Origin: Gracilinanus agilis
Lineage: Eukaryota
NCBI RefSeq assembly: GCF_016433145.1
Contig: NC_058134.1
Coordinates: 87,693,204 to 87,757,203 of the forward strand
Direction of reading: 5' to 3'
DNA: 64,000 nt
Shown: positions 12,079 to 23,355 of the stretch, piece after piece
Position numbering within the stretch: position 1 is the stretch's first letter
Layout: every line of letters begins with the position of its first letter
The notes under the pieces: model-generated
The model's input: only the letters and a program-made list of their open reading frames with translations
The model's database searches: none
Told to the model about the DNA's origin: nothing
Program-made: the position numbers and the translations under genes

Positions 12079-13189
12079 CTTTGAACTTGGTAATTTTTTG
12101 ATGATATAGCATGATTTTAAAAAATGTATTTTTGTATTGTACTTGGGACCCATGTACATCAAGATTGGGTGGATAAATTTAGGTACAGAGACTCCCTATA
12201 TCAATGCTAATCAAAGCAGATACATGGCTTCTTTTCTTATGCAGTTATTGATCATATTTTCCAAATAAATCTTTAGGAAAAGTCTGCTTAATAGAAGAAT
12301 CTTTTTTGAATTCTTTTAGCATTTTAGGAGTACCTGCAAAATGCAAATATGTGTCATTTATACTTTTGGCCTGTCTAGACAGTGGACTTTCTTTACAGTT
12401 ATATCTGACCTTGATGAGGTTTTGTGCAATACTTTATGCAAACGGGGCACCTTTGATCATATACTAATGACTGCTTAATGACTGCTTATACCGACTGACC
12501 CATTGTGCCTTTGTATTGCCTTTTGGATCTCCTGCAATTTGATTCTTTTAGGATACTGTGCATGTGCAAATATATACACATAAAGAATTGCTTTAACTCA
12601 GTTCTTGATTGATTTTTCAATTGGACATGGCTGCCAACACTTTACTTTTAACACCTCTGTCAAATAGTTAATGATCTGTAAAGCAACACTTAAATTTACC
12701 AGGGGTACTCTCTCCTTACAGGGATCCAGCAGTGATTCCTCTGGGAAAGCAAAGCAAGTCCTTGTGTTATTCTTCTTCTTCCTCTAGCCTGACTAATTTT
12801 AGGGGATTCAATTTCTGAATGGCCTATAACACAACTGAGATAGCAAATTTCTTATCAGTTTTAAGTCTCTTCTGCTCTCCTTCTGGGGGAAAGGAAAGTT
12901 CTCTTGACTGGAAAGTCATTCACTCAGGATGACCAATGGCATCCTTTTCTCCTCTCTCCCAACTGATTAATAAAGGGGAACCATTAGAGGTCCTGATTGC
13001 TTGACATAAGTAGAGGTACATTTAGAAAAATATATCTAGCAGATTTTTACATGGGTTACTAACCCATGGTAAATGGTTAACATTTTTACTTACCTTATAG
13101 CATTTGTAAATTTTGGAAATGTATATGTGAATGAATCTTCATGTGTATTTATAGTGTTAATAAAGTTATGTTTCAATCAAGTCCTACTT

Positions 13190-13348
13190 TTAGTGACTTC
13201 TTGGCAAATATACTGGAGTGGTTTGCCATTTCCTTCTCTCTAACTCATTTTATAGTTGAAGAAATTGAAACAAAGAAGTTTAAGTGACTTGCCCAGGGTC
13301 ACATCTGAGACCAGATTTGAACCCATGAAGATCAGTCTTCTTGATTTA
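13190..13348 (-). mobile_element. MAR1-type SINE (partial)
   Basis: cttggcaaatatactggagtggtttgccatttccttctc...aagtgacttgcccagggtcac...gatttgaaccc. Confidence 0.8.
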
Positions 13349-13358
13349 TGTAGTATAT

Positions 13359-13604
13359 GGGCAGCAGCTAACTGCCACAAGGGATAGATCACTGCACCTG
13401 GCCAAAACTGTTATGTCAGGAAGATCTGAGTTCAAATGCAACCTTAGACACTTCCTGTATGACCCTAGGCAAGTTACTTCACCCTGTTTGCCTCAGTTCC
13501 TCATCTGTAAAATGAGCTGAAAAACAAAATGACAATTCATTCAAGTATATTAGCCAAGAAAACCCCAAATGAGATCATGGAAAATCAGACCCAACTGAAC
13601 AACA
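13359..13604 (+). mobile_element. MAR1-type SINE
   Basis: gtcaggaagatctgagttcaaatg...tttgcctcagttcctcatctgtaaaatgagctg...gccaagaaaaccccaaatg...caactgaacaac. Confidence 0.85.
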
Positions 13605-13960
13605 TCATACATGTAGTATACATGCACACATGGGCATATATAGTTATTTACACCCAGTTCATGTGTGTGTATATAGATTTGTATAAGATATCTACATATT
13701 ATTTAGGTCATGTTACTAAAATAAATAACATTTAAGTTATAAAATATGTAGATGTGATATACAGATATATTACATCTATAGATATAATATGCATCTATAT
13801 AGTACATATATAGATAGGAATTACAACTATACATTACATAGTGTATATGTTTTATACATGCACATCCATTTAATCACATGCATGTATTCTGTATAATTTT
13901 AGGGTTTACAAATATATATTTTGTATTATACATACATCTATACACACGAAGATTAAAAAT
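13605..13960. repeat. Degenerate (TA/CA)-rich low-complexity tract
   Basis: Alternating tata/taca/tagat composition. Confidence 0.6.
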
Positions 13961-14618
13961 AGCTCTGTAATTATATCATTAAGTCCACACGGATAAAATT
14001 TAATTTAATTTATAAGAACTTGGTTTACATCTAACTGTTTTAGAACATAAACTGAGATACTACGGAGCTCTATTCCCCTTGCACACTGCTTTGGGAAATT
14101 GACTCTGAGAGAGTCGTTCTTTCAGTTTTCACACTTATTTCTATCAATATCTTTTAAGAAGCAGATTGCCTAATAAGGCATTCAACCTTGGATTTAAAGA
14201 TCTCCTATTATCCAAGGAACTTGAAGATTGTTCAGCCTGCGGTTTTTCACCTGGTCCAACATATAAAATGAAATTTAATTTTTCCCTCCTTTGCTAGAAA
14301 TCATAGGTGTTATCTGTTCCCAGTAAGCTCATTTGGGTACAGTGTGCTGATAATAAATCTAGTATTCCTGTGCCTTTAACTGGAGGGAGCCACTTTTGAA
14401 GGCTGTCTCAGACTGTCTCCCATCTGTCACAAATATATGCCTTTGCTTAACAGGGCATCTGATCAACAGATTGGGGATGCCTTATTATAAAGATAACCCT
14501 AGTACTGGAAAAAAACAGTTAGAAGAAAAACATGCATGCACCAGTTAGTCATGATTGAGTTGTGTCAATAATCTTTGATTATGAATGTCAACCTATTCGT
14601 TTAAGTCATTTTAGTGAG

Positions 14619-14812
14619 CATTGGTTCCCAAACTATTTTGGCCTACTGCCCTATTTCCAGAAAAAAATATTACTTAGCCCCCAGGAAATTATTATTTTTT
14701 TAATTTTATTAGCAATTAATAGAAAAGATAAATGCACCTGAGGCCATCACCACTTCCCTGGATTGCTGCAGCACCCACCAGGGGGCGGTAGCACCCACTT
14801 TGGGAATCACTG
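14619..14812 (+). mobile_element. Non-autonomous hAT-Charlie-type MITE, copy 1 (194 bp, subtype A)
   Basis: TIRs CATTGGTTCCCAAA / TTTGGGAATCACTG; about 88-90% similar to the copy at 19088; flanking 8-mers do not match (ttagtgag / ctctagga). Orientation is relative only. Confidence 0.9.
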
Positions 14813-14814
14813 CT

Positions 14815-15182
14815 CTAGGAAGTGAAACATGAGCTGAGCTTAAGGCAAAATGGTGATTCTTAGGAATGGAAATAAGGCATGCAGTTGGGGTTGGTCAAGT
14901 CAAAGGCACAAAAGGAGCTGAAATACTAAGTTCAGAGCCTTTTGGCTAGAACACAGGATGCTTGAAGGGACTGATGTGAAAGAGGTTGAGAGAGGTAGCA
15001 ATGGAACCAGATTGTGAAGGACTAAAACGCCAACTCCAAGAGTTTATTTCTGATCTTTTTGGTGATAGAGAACAACTTAAAATTCTTGAACAGGGAAATA
15101 ACATGGCTAGACTATGCTTTAGAAAAATTATTTTGGCAACTGGATGAAGGACAGTAGAAGGACCTATAGAAATCCAGTGAAG
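14815..15182 (-). mobile_element. L2 LINE fragment
   Basis: gagctgagcttaagg...ccagattgtgaaggac...ttcttgaacagggaaataacatgg...tttagaaaaattattttggca. Confidence 0.75.
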
Positions 15183-16428
15183 AATTTCTCTTTGCCCCTT
15201 CTGCCTCCCATAACTTTATTCTGGTTTTCTCCCTGTTTTCTCTTCAATTCCTTAAATTCTCTGAGCCAGCCTGTTCACATCTCTCATTCAGATTATCCAA
15301 TGTTCTCTTTCTGTGCTTTAGTCTTTTCTTTCTGCTGCCTTTGGTAAATTCCGGTTCACTGTTAGCCCCTTTCTAAAAGGTTCAGATATGATCTAGAGAA
15401 AAGTGATCTTCATAAAAAGATGTTTTTCATTAGGCAGGCCTCCAAATAATATCTATTATCTCTACAAAAACGGACAAAGGAAAATGCTATGACTCACTTT
15501 TGGGGTAGGGCAGGTTTTGAATTTGAAGCCCAAATTTTCATAGCCCAACCTGATATCCTGTCAGTCCTACAGAACTATTAACTACAGATAGCCTATAGGA
15601 GAATGTAAAGCATTTCCCCAGAAGTATGTGAAACAGGATAGAAAACATAGCTTTTGTCTACTAAGGTTCTAATCTGACACATTTCAGTTTGGGGAGCTGC
15701 CTGTTTGTCTCTGGTAAGATATTCAGGAGTTCTTAGAAGTTTAAGGGTTTTACTGAGCTGTATAGTAAACCTTGGAAAAGCAATCAAATCTTTGCATTTT
15801 TATTTGACCCCAGTGCCTTGCCTTTGGAAGCTTTTCTTCTGATGAACATGGATGTGTCTTTCTGGTACCCACTACATATTTCATTTATTAAATCTGAAAG
15901 TGAGGTCAGGTGGAACGCTTCTCTTTTTAAAAATGTAAAAGCTAAAAGCTTGTTTTAGGACAGTATTTAGTTTTAATGGAAATGCCACATAGTGGGGGCG
16001 GGGCAGGGTTGATGCTTGCTTTTGAACATGCTAGAGTGAGGGAGGGGGTGGGTCTTTGTTCAAAAGAGGCTTCATCTCTCACAGGAAAGAACCTTCACCC
16101 TCGGGAGAATTAGGTGTATCAACAGAGGAAGAAATTGAGACCTATCTAAATCTGGAAGCTTACTAGATGGAACAAAAAGCCTGGCATTTTTAAAAGAAGG
16201 AAGGTGAAGAAAGGAGGGATCCATTTATGAGCTGTATAAAATGTAATTTTGTTTTAAACCTCACTAAAAGCTATATAGGTCATGGAGACAATCAGTCTTT
16301 TATTCTTTGAAATAATTCACATTACAGTCTTGTGTATTACTTGCCTTATCAAATAAAAGCCTTTAGACTTGTGTGGGCAGATAATTACAAATTGATTTCT
16401 GGACCTCTCATTTTGGGAATGGTTCTCA

Positions 16429-16434
<6 letters not shown>

Positions 16435-16502
<68 letters not shown>
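16435..16502 (+). repeat. (CT)34 microsatellite
   Basis: Uninterrupted CT dinucleotide run. Confidence 0.98.
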
Positions 16503-16505
<3 letters not shown>

Positions 16506-17082
16506 CCCCTCTTCTCTTTCCCACCTCCCCTATCCAAAGTATCTTATGATTCCCCCTCCCCCAACTTAATCTTATATAGATGGAGGACTAGTGAAGTTAG
16601 CTGGTCAGATGAGGTAAACTGCAAAACTGTATGAAATAGCCATTTTTATTTGAAGCTGGGAATTGAATTATAAAGGTGATGAGTGCACATCCATCCAGAC
16701 AGTGTATTTATTTTAAAGCCATGTTCCACCTGTGTGGGCTTTAAACTGGAAAGAATGATCATAGACTGGAAGCAATAAGCCAATAAGAAATGACAATGAA
16801 GCCCCCAAATATGTCCTAGTCTGTTTGCTTTTCTTGTTGCAAAATTCATCATATGAAAGATGGAGGATTAGCTACTGAATAAGAATCCTGGTCACTCAGC
16901 AAAACATGGACTCTGTCTTAAGGCTGAAAAAAAAACACTAGGCTTTAATAAATGGAGTTCATGTTAATTCTTACATTACTGTCGAAGGTCTGATACTGAA
17001 TTATATTAATTTATAGCAGTGTTAAAGCAAGGTTTATGCAAAAATCTTAAATTCCTAAAGAATCATGTTATAATTGAATCAT

Positions 17083-17285
17083 TTTTCAGTTGTGTCTAAT
17101 TCGTCATGAACACACTTGAGATTTTCTTGGCAAAGATTCTGGTGTGGTTTGCCATTTCTTTCTCTAGCTCATTTTACAGATAAGGAAACTGAAGCAAATA
17201 GAGTAAAGAGACTTGACCAGGGTCACACAACCAGGAAGTATCCAGGGCCAGATTTAAATCCAGGAAGATGTCTTCCTAAATCCAG
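17083..17285 (-). mobile_element. MAR1-type SINE
   Basis: tttcagttgtgtctaattc...ttttcttggcaaagattctgg...ttttacagataaggaaactgaagcaaa...ccagatttaaatccaggaagatg. Confidence 0.85.
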
Positions 17286-17415
17286 GCATAGTACTTATAT
17301 GACCCTCAGAAAATCCCTTAACTTATCCATACCTCAGTTTCCTGATCTATAAAATGAGGGGATCAGATTTCATAACATCTAAGAGCTCTTCCATCTCTAA
17401 ATTTATGATCCTAAG
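17286..17415 (+). mobile_element. MIR-type SINE fragment
   Basis: cctcagtttcctgatctataaaatgagggg...ctcttccatctctaaatttatgatcct. Confidence 0.7.
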
Positions 17416-18552
17416 AACTGTGGTTGGAATTTAAGGTCACTGCAGTAATCACTTGGATTTAAACCCAGATCTCCTTGCTCCAAATCCATCACTTTTGCTA
17501 TTATACACATATCCAAAGCATAATTACATAGTTAAAACTCTGTTACTCAATAGAAGAGGGAGCAGAAAAAGCCTTTGAAATTTCTTTTCCTGACCAAAGT
17601 CTTTTTGGACCTGTTTACAGTAACTGATGTTTAATTACCCACTTAACACCTCCCTGTTACTCTGAGAACCACGAACTGCTCTTAATTTCTGCCAAGGCTA
17701 TCCTGGAGCTCCGAGCCCTTTTGCCACATAGCTCAAAAGTACCTTCAAAATAGAAGCATTTCATGTTTCTGTTCCCATTTTTCTCTTGTCTCTTATTAAT
17801 ACACTCCAGAGGAACATGTGATTGTTTTCCCTGTTGGGTCTGAGTCAAGAGCTCTAGTTGGAAAGTTAAGATGCACTCACATTTCCAGATGGTAGCTGAA
17901 ATTCTTTAGCATAATATGGTCATTGAATTAAGTTTTGATCCAGTTTTCAGGCATATTCCAGTTTCCAAGGAGTAGCGAAGGGTCATTTGCCTAGTTGTAA
18001 AGTGGGATGTAATGTGTACACAGATATTTCCTGCTTGCTTCTGGCAGGCTACATGCATAACTCATTTGGACAGATCAGATATCACCAACTGGTGGCTTCT
18101 TCTAGCCACATGATGACCCAAAGCTGAAAGAACTGGATATTTTGGTATGAAGTAGAAAAATATAAGCAATTTCTCTATCCTTTCCCCAAATGGAGACAGT
18201 TTGGTTGGCAGAGAGGGAAATAGATAGGTTTTTTTCCCCCTTCAATCATCAGGGTGATATCAAGACATTCAGTAAGATATTCAAAATGGGTTGGTCCTTC
18301 CCCATCATGAACAATTTGACATGGTGCCTTGGTTGTCTTTTCTTCTATTCTTTTTCTGAGAGATGACTGATCATTAACCTTGAGATTGATATGTCCATGT
18401 TTGGAAGTGACTATGCAAATTCTAGAGATCTAAAGGTCTTGGATCCAATAAGTATAGCTAACTAATAACAAAGGGAGTTTCTTTAATCAGATTGGATGGT
18501 TGAAGGTACAATGAGACCAAAACCTTAACTTGACTTGTTAGAAGATTTAGAC

Positions 18553-18746
18553 CAGTGATTCCCAAAGTGGGAGTCACCGCCCCCTGGTGGGTGCTGCAGC
18601 GATCCAGGAGAGCGGTGATGGCCACAAGGTGCATTTGGGGGTGATGAATAACTGTAAGGAGGTGGTGATAGTATGTGACAGGGGGCACTAAGTAATATTT
18701 TTTTCTGGAAAGGGGGCGGTAGGCCAAAAAAGTTTGGGAACCACTG
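18553..18746 (-). mobile_element. Non-autonomous hAT-Charlie-type MITE, copy 2 (194 bp, subtype B), perfect 8-bp TSD
   Basis: TIRs CAGTGATTCCCAAA / TTTGGGAACCACTG; TSD ATTTAGAC at 18545-18552 and 18747-18754; inverted relative to copies 1 and 3. Confidence 0.95.
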
Positions 18747-19087
18747 ATTTAGACTTTGAGGGAGCCAGTAGAAAGCCAAGGTGAAACATAAAATGTCCAA
18801 AAAGTTCCTTGCAAGTTGTCTTATGTCTGGTGTTTAAGCATTAGCTTCCAAAAGAGATTGTAGCAGTGGTTACAAATTGTTATAGAATTCTTTTTTTTTA
18901 AGTATCATGTCAATGTGAACATGTAAGAATTCTTTGTATTTAAATATTTCTTTTGTGTACAGGAAATATTTGTGTGATACCTGATTTATATTTTGATTAC
19001 CTTCCCCCTTTGGGGAGACCTAAACATAAACAAATAACCCAAACCTTAGACATAGCCTACATAATTTCTGGGTAGGAGGGTTTAATA

Positions 19088-19281
19088 CAATGGTTCCCAA
19101 ACTTTTTTGGCTTACCGCCCTCTTTCCAGAAAAAAAATATTACTTAGCCCCCTGGAAATTAATTTTTTGAATTTTAATAGCAATTAATAGGAAAGATAAA
19201 TGCACCTGTGGCCATCACCAACCTCCTGGATCACTGCAGCACTCACCAGGGGGCGGTAAGCTCCCACTTTGGGAATCACTG
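19088..19281 (+). mobile_element. Non-autonomous hAT-Charlie-type MITE, copy 3 (194 bp, subtype A), perfect 8-bp TSD
   Basis: TIRs CAATGGTTCCCAAA / TTTGGGAATCACTG; TSD GTTTAATA at 19080-19087 and 19282-19289. Confidence 0.95.
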
Positions 19282-19721
19282 GTTTAATAAGACAAGAATA
19301 AGAGAAAAGGGTGCTAAGATCTCACCTCATTAGAGGACTTTCTCCTTTACCTAGTTTTTTTATATCATGAAACTGTAATTAAAAAAAAAATAAAATTGCA
19401 TCTCCAAAGATATGCCATTACTTAATCACAAAGCTAGAACCAGAATCCAGTTCCCCTGACTCCCCTGGATAACATATACAGAAGAAAGACCTTTGGTATA
19501 AAAATGGCTAGGGAGTATAATGAATCATCAATATAGCCAGGCTGAAATTGTGGGCCCTGGGAGATGCCTATTTATTTGACCATTAGGGAAGGAGCTAGAA
19601 AAGATGATTAAGACCTTAAGTCATGGTGATCTTGGTTAAGAAAATGACTTGGGAATTTTTCCATTAGAAATGTCATAACCCAGAGGTTGACACCTGAATA
19701 AGTGTGTGATTATTTACATGT

Positions 19722-19850
19722 TATCTTTTCTGTTAGAATGTGAACTCCTTGAGGGCAGGGAATATTTTTGCCTTCCTTTGTGTACCTAGAGCACTTGGCA
19801 CACTACTTGGAACAGAGTAAATGCTGATTGATCACTTGTTGCCTGACTGA
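19722..19850 (+). mobile_element. L2 3' terminus
   Basis: ttagaatgtgaactccttgagggcaggg...cacttggcaca...ttgttgcctgactgac. Confidence 0.8.
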
Positions 19851-20264
19851 CATTAAAATAGATACTGCCACAGTCTGTTCTCAGCTGCTGGCCTTGAAGA
19901 TTAATGGTAAATACAGGATCCTATTCTTGCTTACAAGTTGGTTGCTAATTCAAAGAGAAATCAAACACCTCCTCTTACAATTGTGCAATCAACACTTCCC
20001 AGCTACTCCATCATCAGGGGGAATAGCATCAGGTTCCATTCCTTCCTAATGTCAATGCATACCCACTTTGGGGAAAGTAGCACAAGACTGATCACACCGA
20101 CCCTTATCACTTGTCACTTCTAAGAATTCATCTTTGAACTTCCCACTATGATCAGATCAACTTTTCTTCTTTGCTTCCCAATCTCACTTCCTAAGACAAT
20201 AATATGATGTAAGACTTGGCTAGTTTTTGTTTGTAGACACAGGAGAAAATTGAGTTTGGCCACT

Positions 20265-20725
20265 AAGATGCAGTGCAACAGAAAGAATGTGCTTTGAGTA
20301 GGTAAGAAACCTTGATGAGTGATTCCTGCCTCTAATTATTCTATTATTTTGTACTTATTCTTTTTCTTAGGCATCCTTCGCAGACCTCAATTTCCTCATC
20401 TGTTAAACAAAAGTTTGACTTGATTTCTAAGACACCTTCCACCTTAGTCTTTCCATGACAGTGTTTGACAAAGTAGGGTCATGAAATGGAATGATTTCCT
20501 TGAATATCCTTTACCTTCTTATTCTCTTCTTTCAGCTTTTTTCCCCTGAAAAGGTGAAAGGAGGCAGAATAGTCCATGGAAATAACCCTGCCTCTGCAGT
20601 TAGAGAATATGGTCTCTGACAAATAATTTGACCACCTCGGACCTCAGTATCCTCATCTTTAAAAAAAAGTGGTTTTGCTTAGATGGTTTATGAGCTTCCT
20701 TCCAATTATTCATCTGTGATCCTTT
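20265..20725 (+). mobile_element. Two decayed MIR-type SINEs (about 20265-20460 and 20565-20725)
   Basis: CORE motifs cctcaatttcctcatctgttaaac and cctcagtatcctcatctttaaaa. Confidence 0.6.
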
Positions 20726-21739
20726 CTGTTGCTACTAATAATTGTTCATTTCCAAATAGATTTATTTCACAATCTTCCCTCTAATCTTTTTTTTTTCAAG
20801 AAATTTTTCTGTATCTTCTGAGGATCTATACTTGGATGTTCAGTGTAAACACTCCTGCCCCTGTAGCAGGGTAAAAACCCTTTGTGCTTTGTAAGCTATG
20901 ATGAACATGATAATTCAATACAAAACAGTCATGCCTCTGGTGATGAACCTCTATGGCCCTAGTTAGATTAGCCATTAGTAACATAATCTGTCATTAGTTT
21001 GGTAAGCTAAAATTTTCTAGCTTAAAAGTACCTCATAAAATTTGTGTTCTGTTGACGTTATTTTTGAGGTCAGAATCACCTCTGTTCCACAAGGAGATAT
21101 CAGAGTAAGATCTTAATGGATGTTAAAGTATCCTTGTATTTAAACAAATGAACACACACATTTAAGCTTTCAATTTTTAAGTTGTGTTAAGTGATTTTTT
21201 TTCACAAGATAACAGAGTCCTCTTCCTGAGGCTTCCCCTTTTGTCAAATATATTTATTGTATTGAGAGTTAGTTCTGAGACTCTAGGGAAAGCATCCTAA
21301 CTGAGTAGGATGTTACTTGGACAGATGGTTCGTTTCTTCTGTTTAACAGCTTTTTTAAAACCACTACTTCCCAATGATAATTGGAGAGTTAAAGACAGTG
21401 ACTCTATTATCATGCTCAATTAATCCTTGCTCTTTTGGCTCATCATGAGAAATCCTAAAGGCTTTATCAATCAGTGGTCAGAATTCCTTAGCTAAATGCA
21501 AAAATCTCTTTATCTGCATCCTGAGGGAATGAATCTATCACCTAGAGATGGACCCAGGGTTCTGAAAGGGTAGATTCTTCAAACAGCTGGGTAGTTTCCT
21601 CAAGGGTGTGTCTAGACAATGTACCAACCCACAGAAGTCATGCACTCACTGAGGGAGAAATAGTTCCCTTTCTTCACACTTCAGTACTTAAAAAAAAATC
21701 ATAGTTCAGTCACTGCATGACATCATCCTCCACAAAGTT

Positions 21740-21905
21740 TTGAAAGAAAGAGCACTAGTCTTAAGCCATGGAACCAGAGTCCACATCTTGCCTGTCATTA
21801 CTTGTGTGAGCTTGGTGAGGTCACAATCCTTCTGGGCCTCAGTTTTTTTTAGCATCTGTCAAATGACAGATTTATATTTCCCCCCAACTCTAAATCTATG
21901 CCCAC
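21740..21905 (+). mobile_element. MIR-type SINE
   Basis: gaaagagcactag...gtcacaatccttctgggcctcagtttt...catctgtcaaatg. Confidence 0.65.
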
Positions 21906-22304
21906 CTTCCAGTGTCTCATCATGGCAAGAAAGTGACCCTGAGTTCTCAAAGACAGTGATTTCCATGTTTCTATTATGCAGAAAACACTCTGGAGATGAC
22001 CCTGGAGATAAATTAAATTTCCTGAAAGTAAACCACACTAATAATCATGATAAATAATAGAAGGACACACAAAAAGATTTTTATAGCTAAATAGTTTATA
22101 AATTCTTATTGGAGGATTGAACACATTTGGAAATGGTATCACCATGTGTCCAGAAGTGACATGAAACACTTAGTCATTTCATTCTTCAGTGTTCAGAGAG
22201 AGAGAGTTCCAAATGGAAGAGTAATTATCTATAGATGTTGAGATCAGGGTATTGCTTCTATTTGCAGATGAATAATCAGTTATGACTCTACGGTTGTAAT
22301 AATG

Positions 22305-22560
22305 CTCCTAATAGAAATGAAGGAATTTGAATGAGCAGATGAATTTATGGGTGAAATTATCATACTGAGTTTGATTTTCTTTTGGAACATCTAGGTCGTA
22401 ATATATCCAGCAAGCAGTTGACACCAGGAACTGGGTCTCAGGACAGATTTTCGGGCTAGAAAGATAATACTGGAAAACAGTGTAGAAATAATAATTGACT
22501 ATATGGGAGCAAGTGAAATCAATGTAAAAGAAGGCATTATAGGAACAAGAGAAGATGATC
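22305..22560 (-). mobile_element. L2 LINE internal fragment
   Basis: ctaatagaaatgaagg...ggaacatctagg...atccagcaagcagttg...ggagcaagtgaaatca. Confidence 0.6.
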
Positions 22561-22999
22561 AAAAGTCTTGGTATTCCCCTGGTCAGATGCTAAAACAAGG
22601 ATTATTATCTAGCAATGGCAATTGAACGGAGGCAATCATATGGGTGGGAGGAAAAAAAAGATTATGCTATGAGTAACTGGGGGTGAGGAGAAGGGCATGA
22701 CGAATAGTGTCAAAATTTTCACTCAAAACTGTTCTGGGTATGAGGAACCTCCCAGAATTTGTGCTCTGCTCCTCCATCTTTCAAGAGTCTGGGAGCAACT
22801 TACCTTCATGCTGTGATGAGATATTAGAATAAGAATATTACAATTAATTAAATTAATAATATAATAAAAATATAAAGTATTTAAGTTGTATTTCTGGACA
22901 ATTTGGGGATGAGGGAGAGGCATTTGAAACCATATCTTAGGGCAATGGGATCATAGTTTTGAAGAAGAAAGTATCTTGGTAGTTGTCTCACACACTAGG

Positions 23000-23355
23000 G
23001 GACGCAAATGTAAATGAAGTATAGACCCAGAGTGGTTAGATGACTTCTTCAGGGTTGCACAGTTAATAAGTGACAGAAGCAGGATTTAAAACCAACTTCT
23101 TGGACTTCAAATAACATTAATGATAACTAACACTCATATAACACTTTAAAGTTTTCAAAGCACTTTTTGGTTATTATCTCATCTGATTCTTACAATTTTA
23201 TGAAGCAGGTCTTATAACATGTCCATTTTATAAATGTGAACATTGAGGCTGAAAAAGGTGAGGCCAAAAAGGTTAAATGACTAGTCCAGAGTCAGCTAGG
23301 TAAAAATGACAAAAACACGATTTGAAACAATATTTTCTGGCTTCTAGTTCACTGC
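23000..23355 (-). mobile_element. Two MIR-type SINE fragments
   Basis: cccagagtggttagatgact...ggatttaaaacc; tttcaaagcactt...attgaggctg...ggttaaatgact...gatttgaaac. Confidence 0.65.

Noticed and set aside
13046-13073. Palindrome CATGGGTTA-C-TAACCCATG
   Set aside because: A 9-bp perfect arm is expected about once per window by chance.
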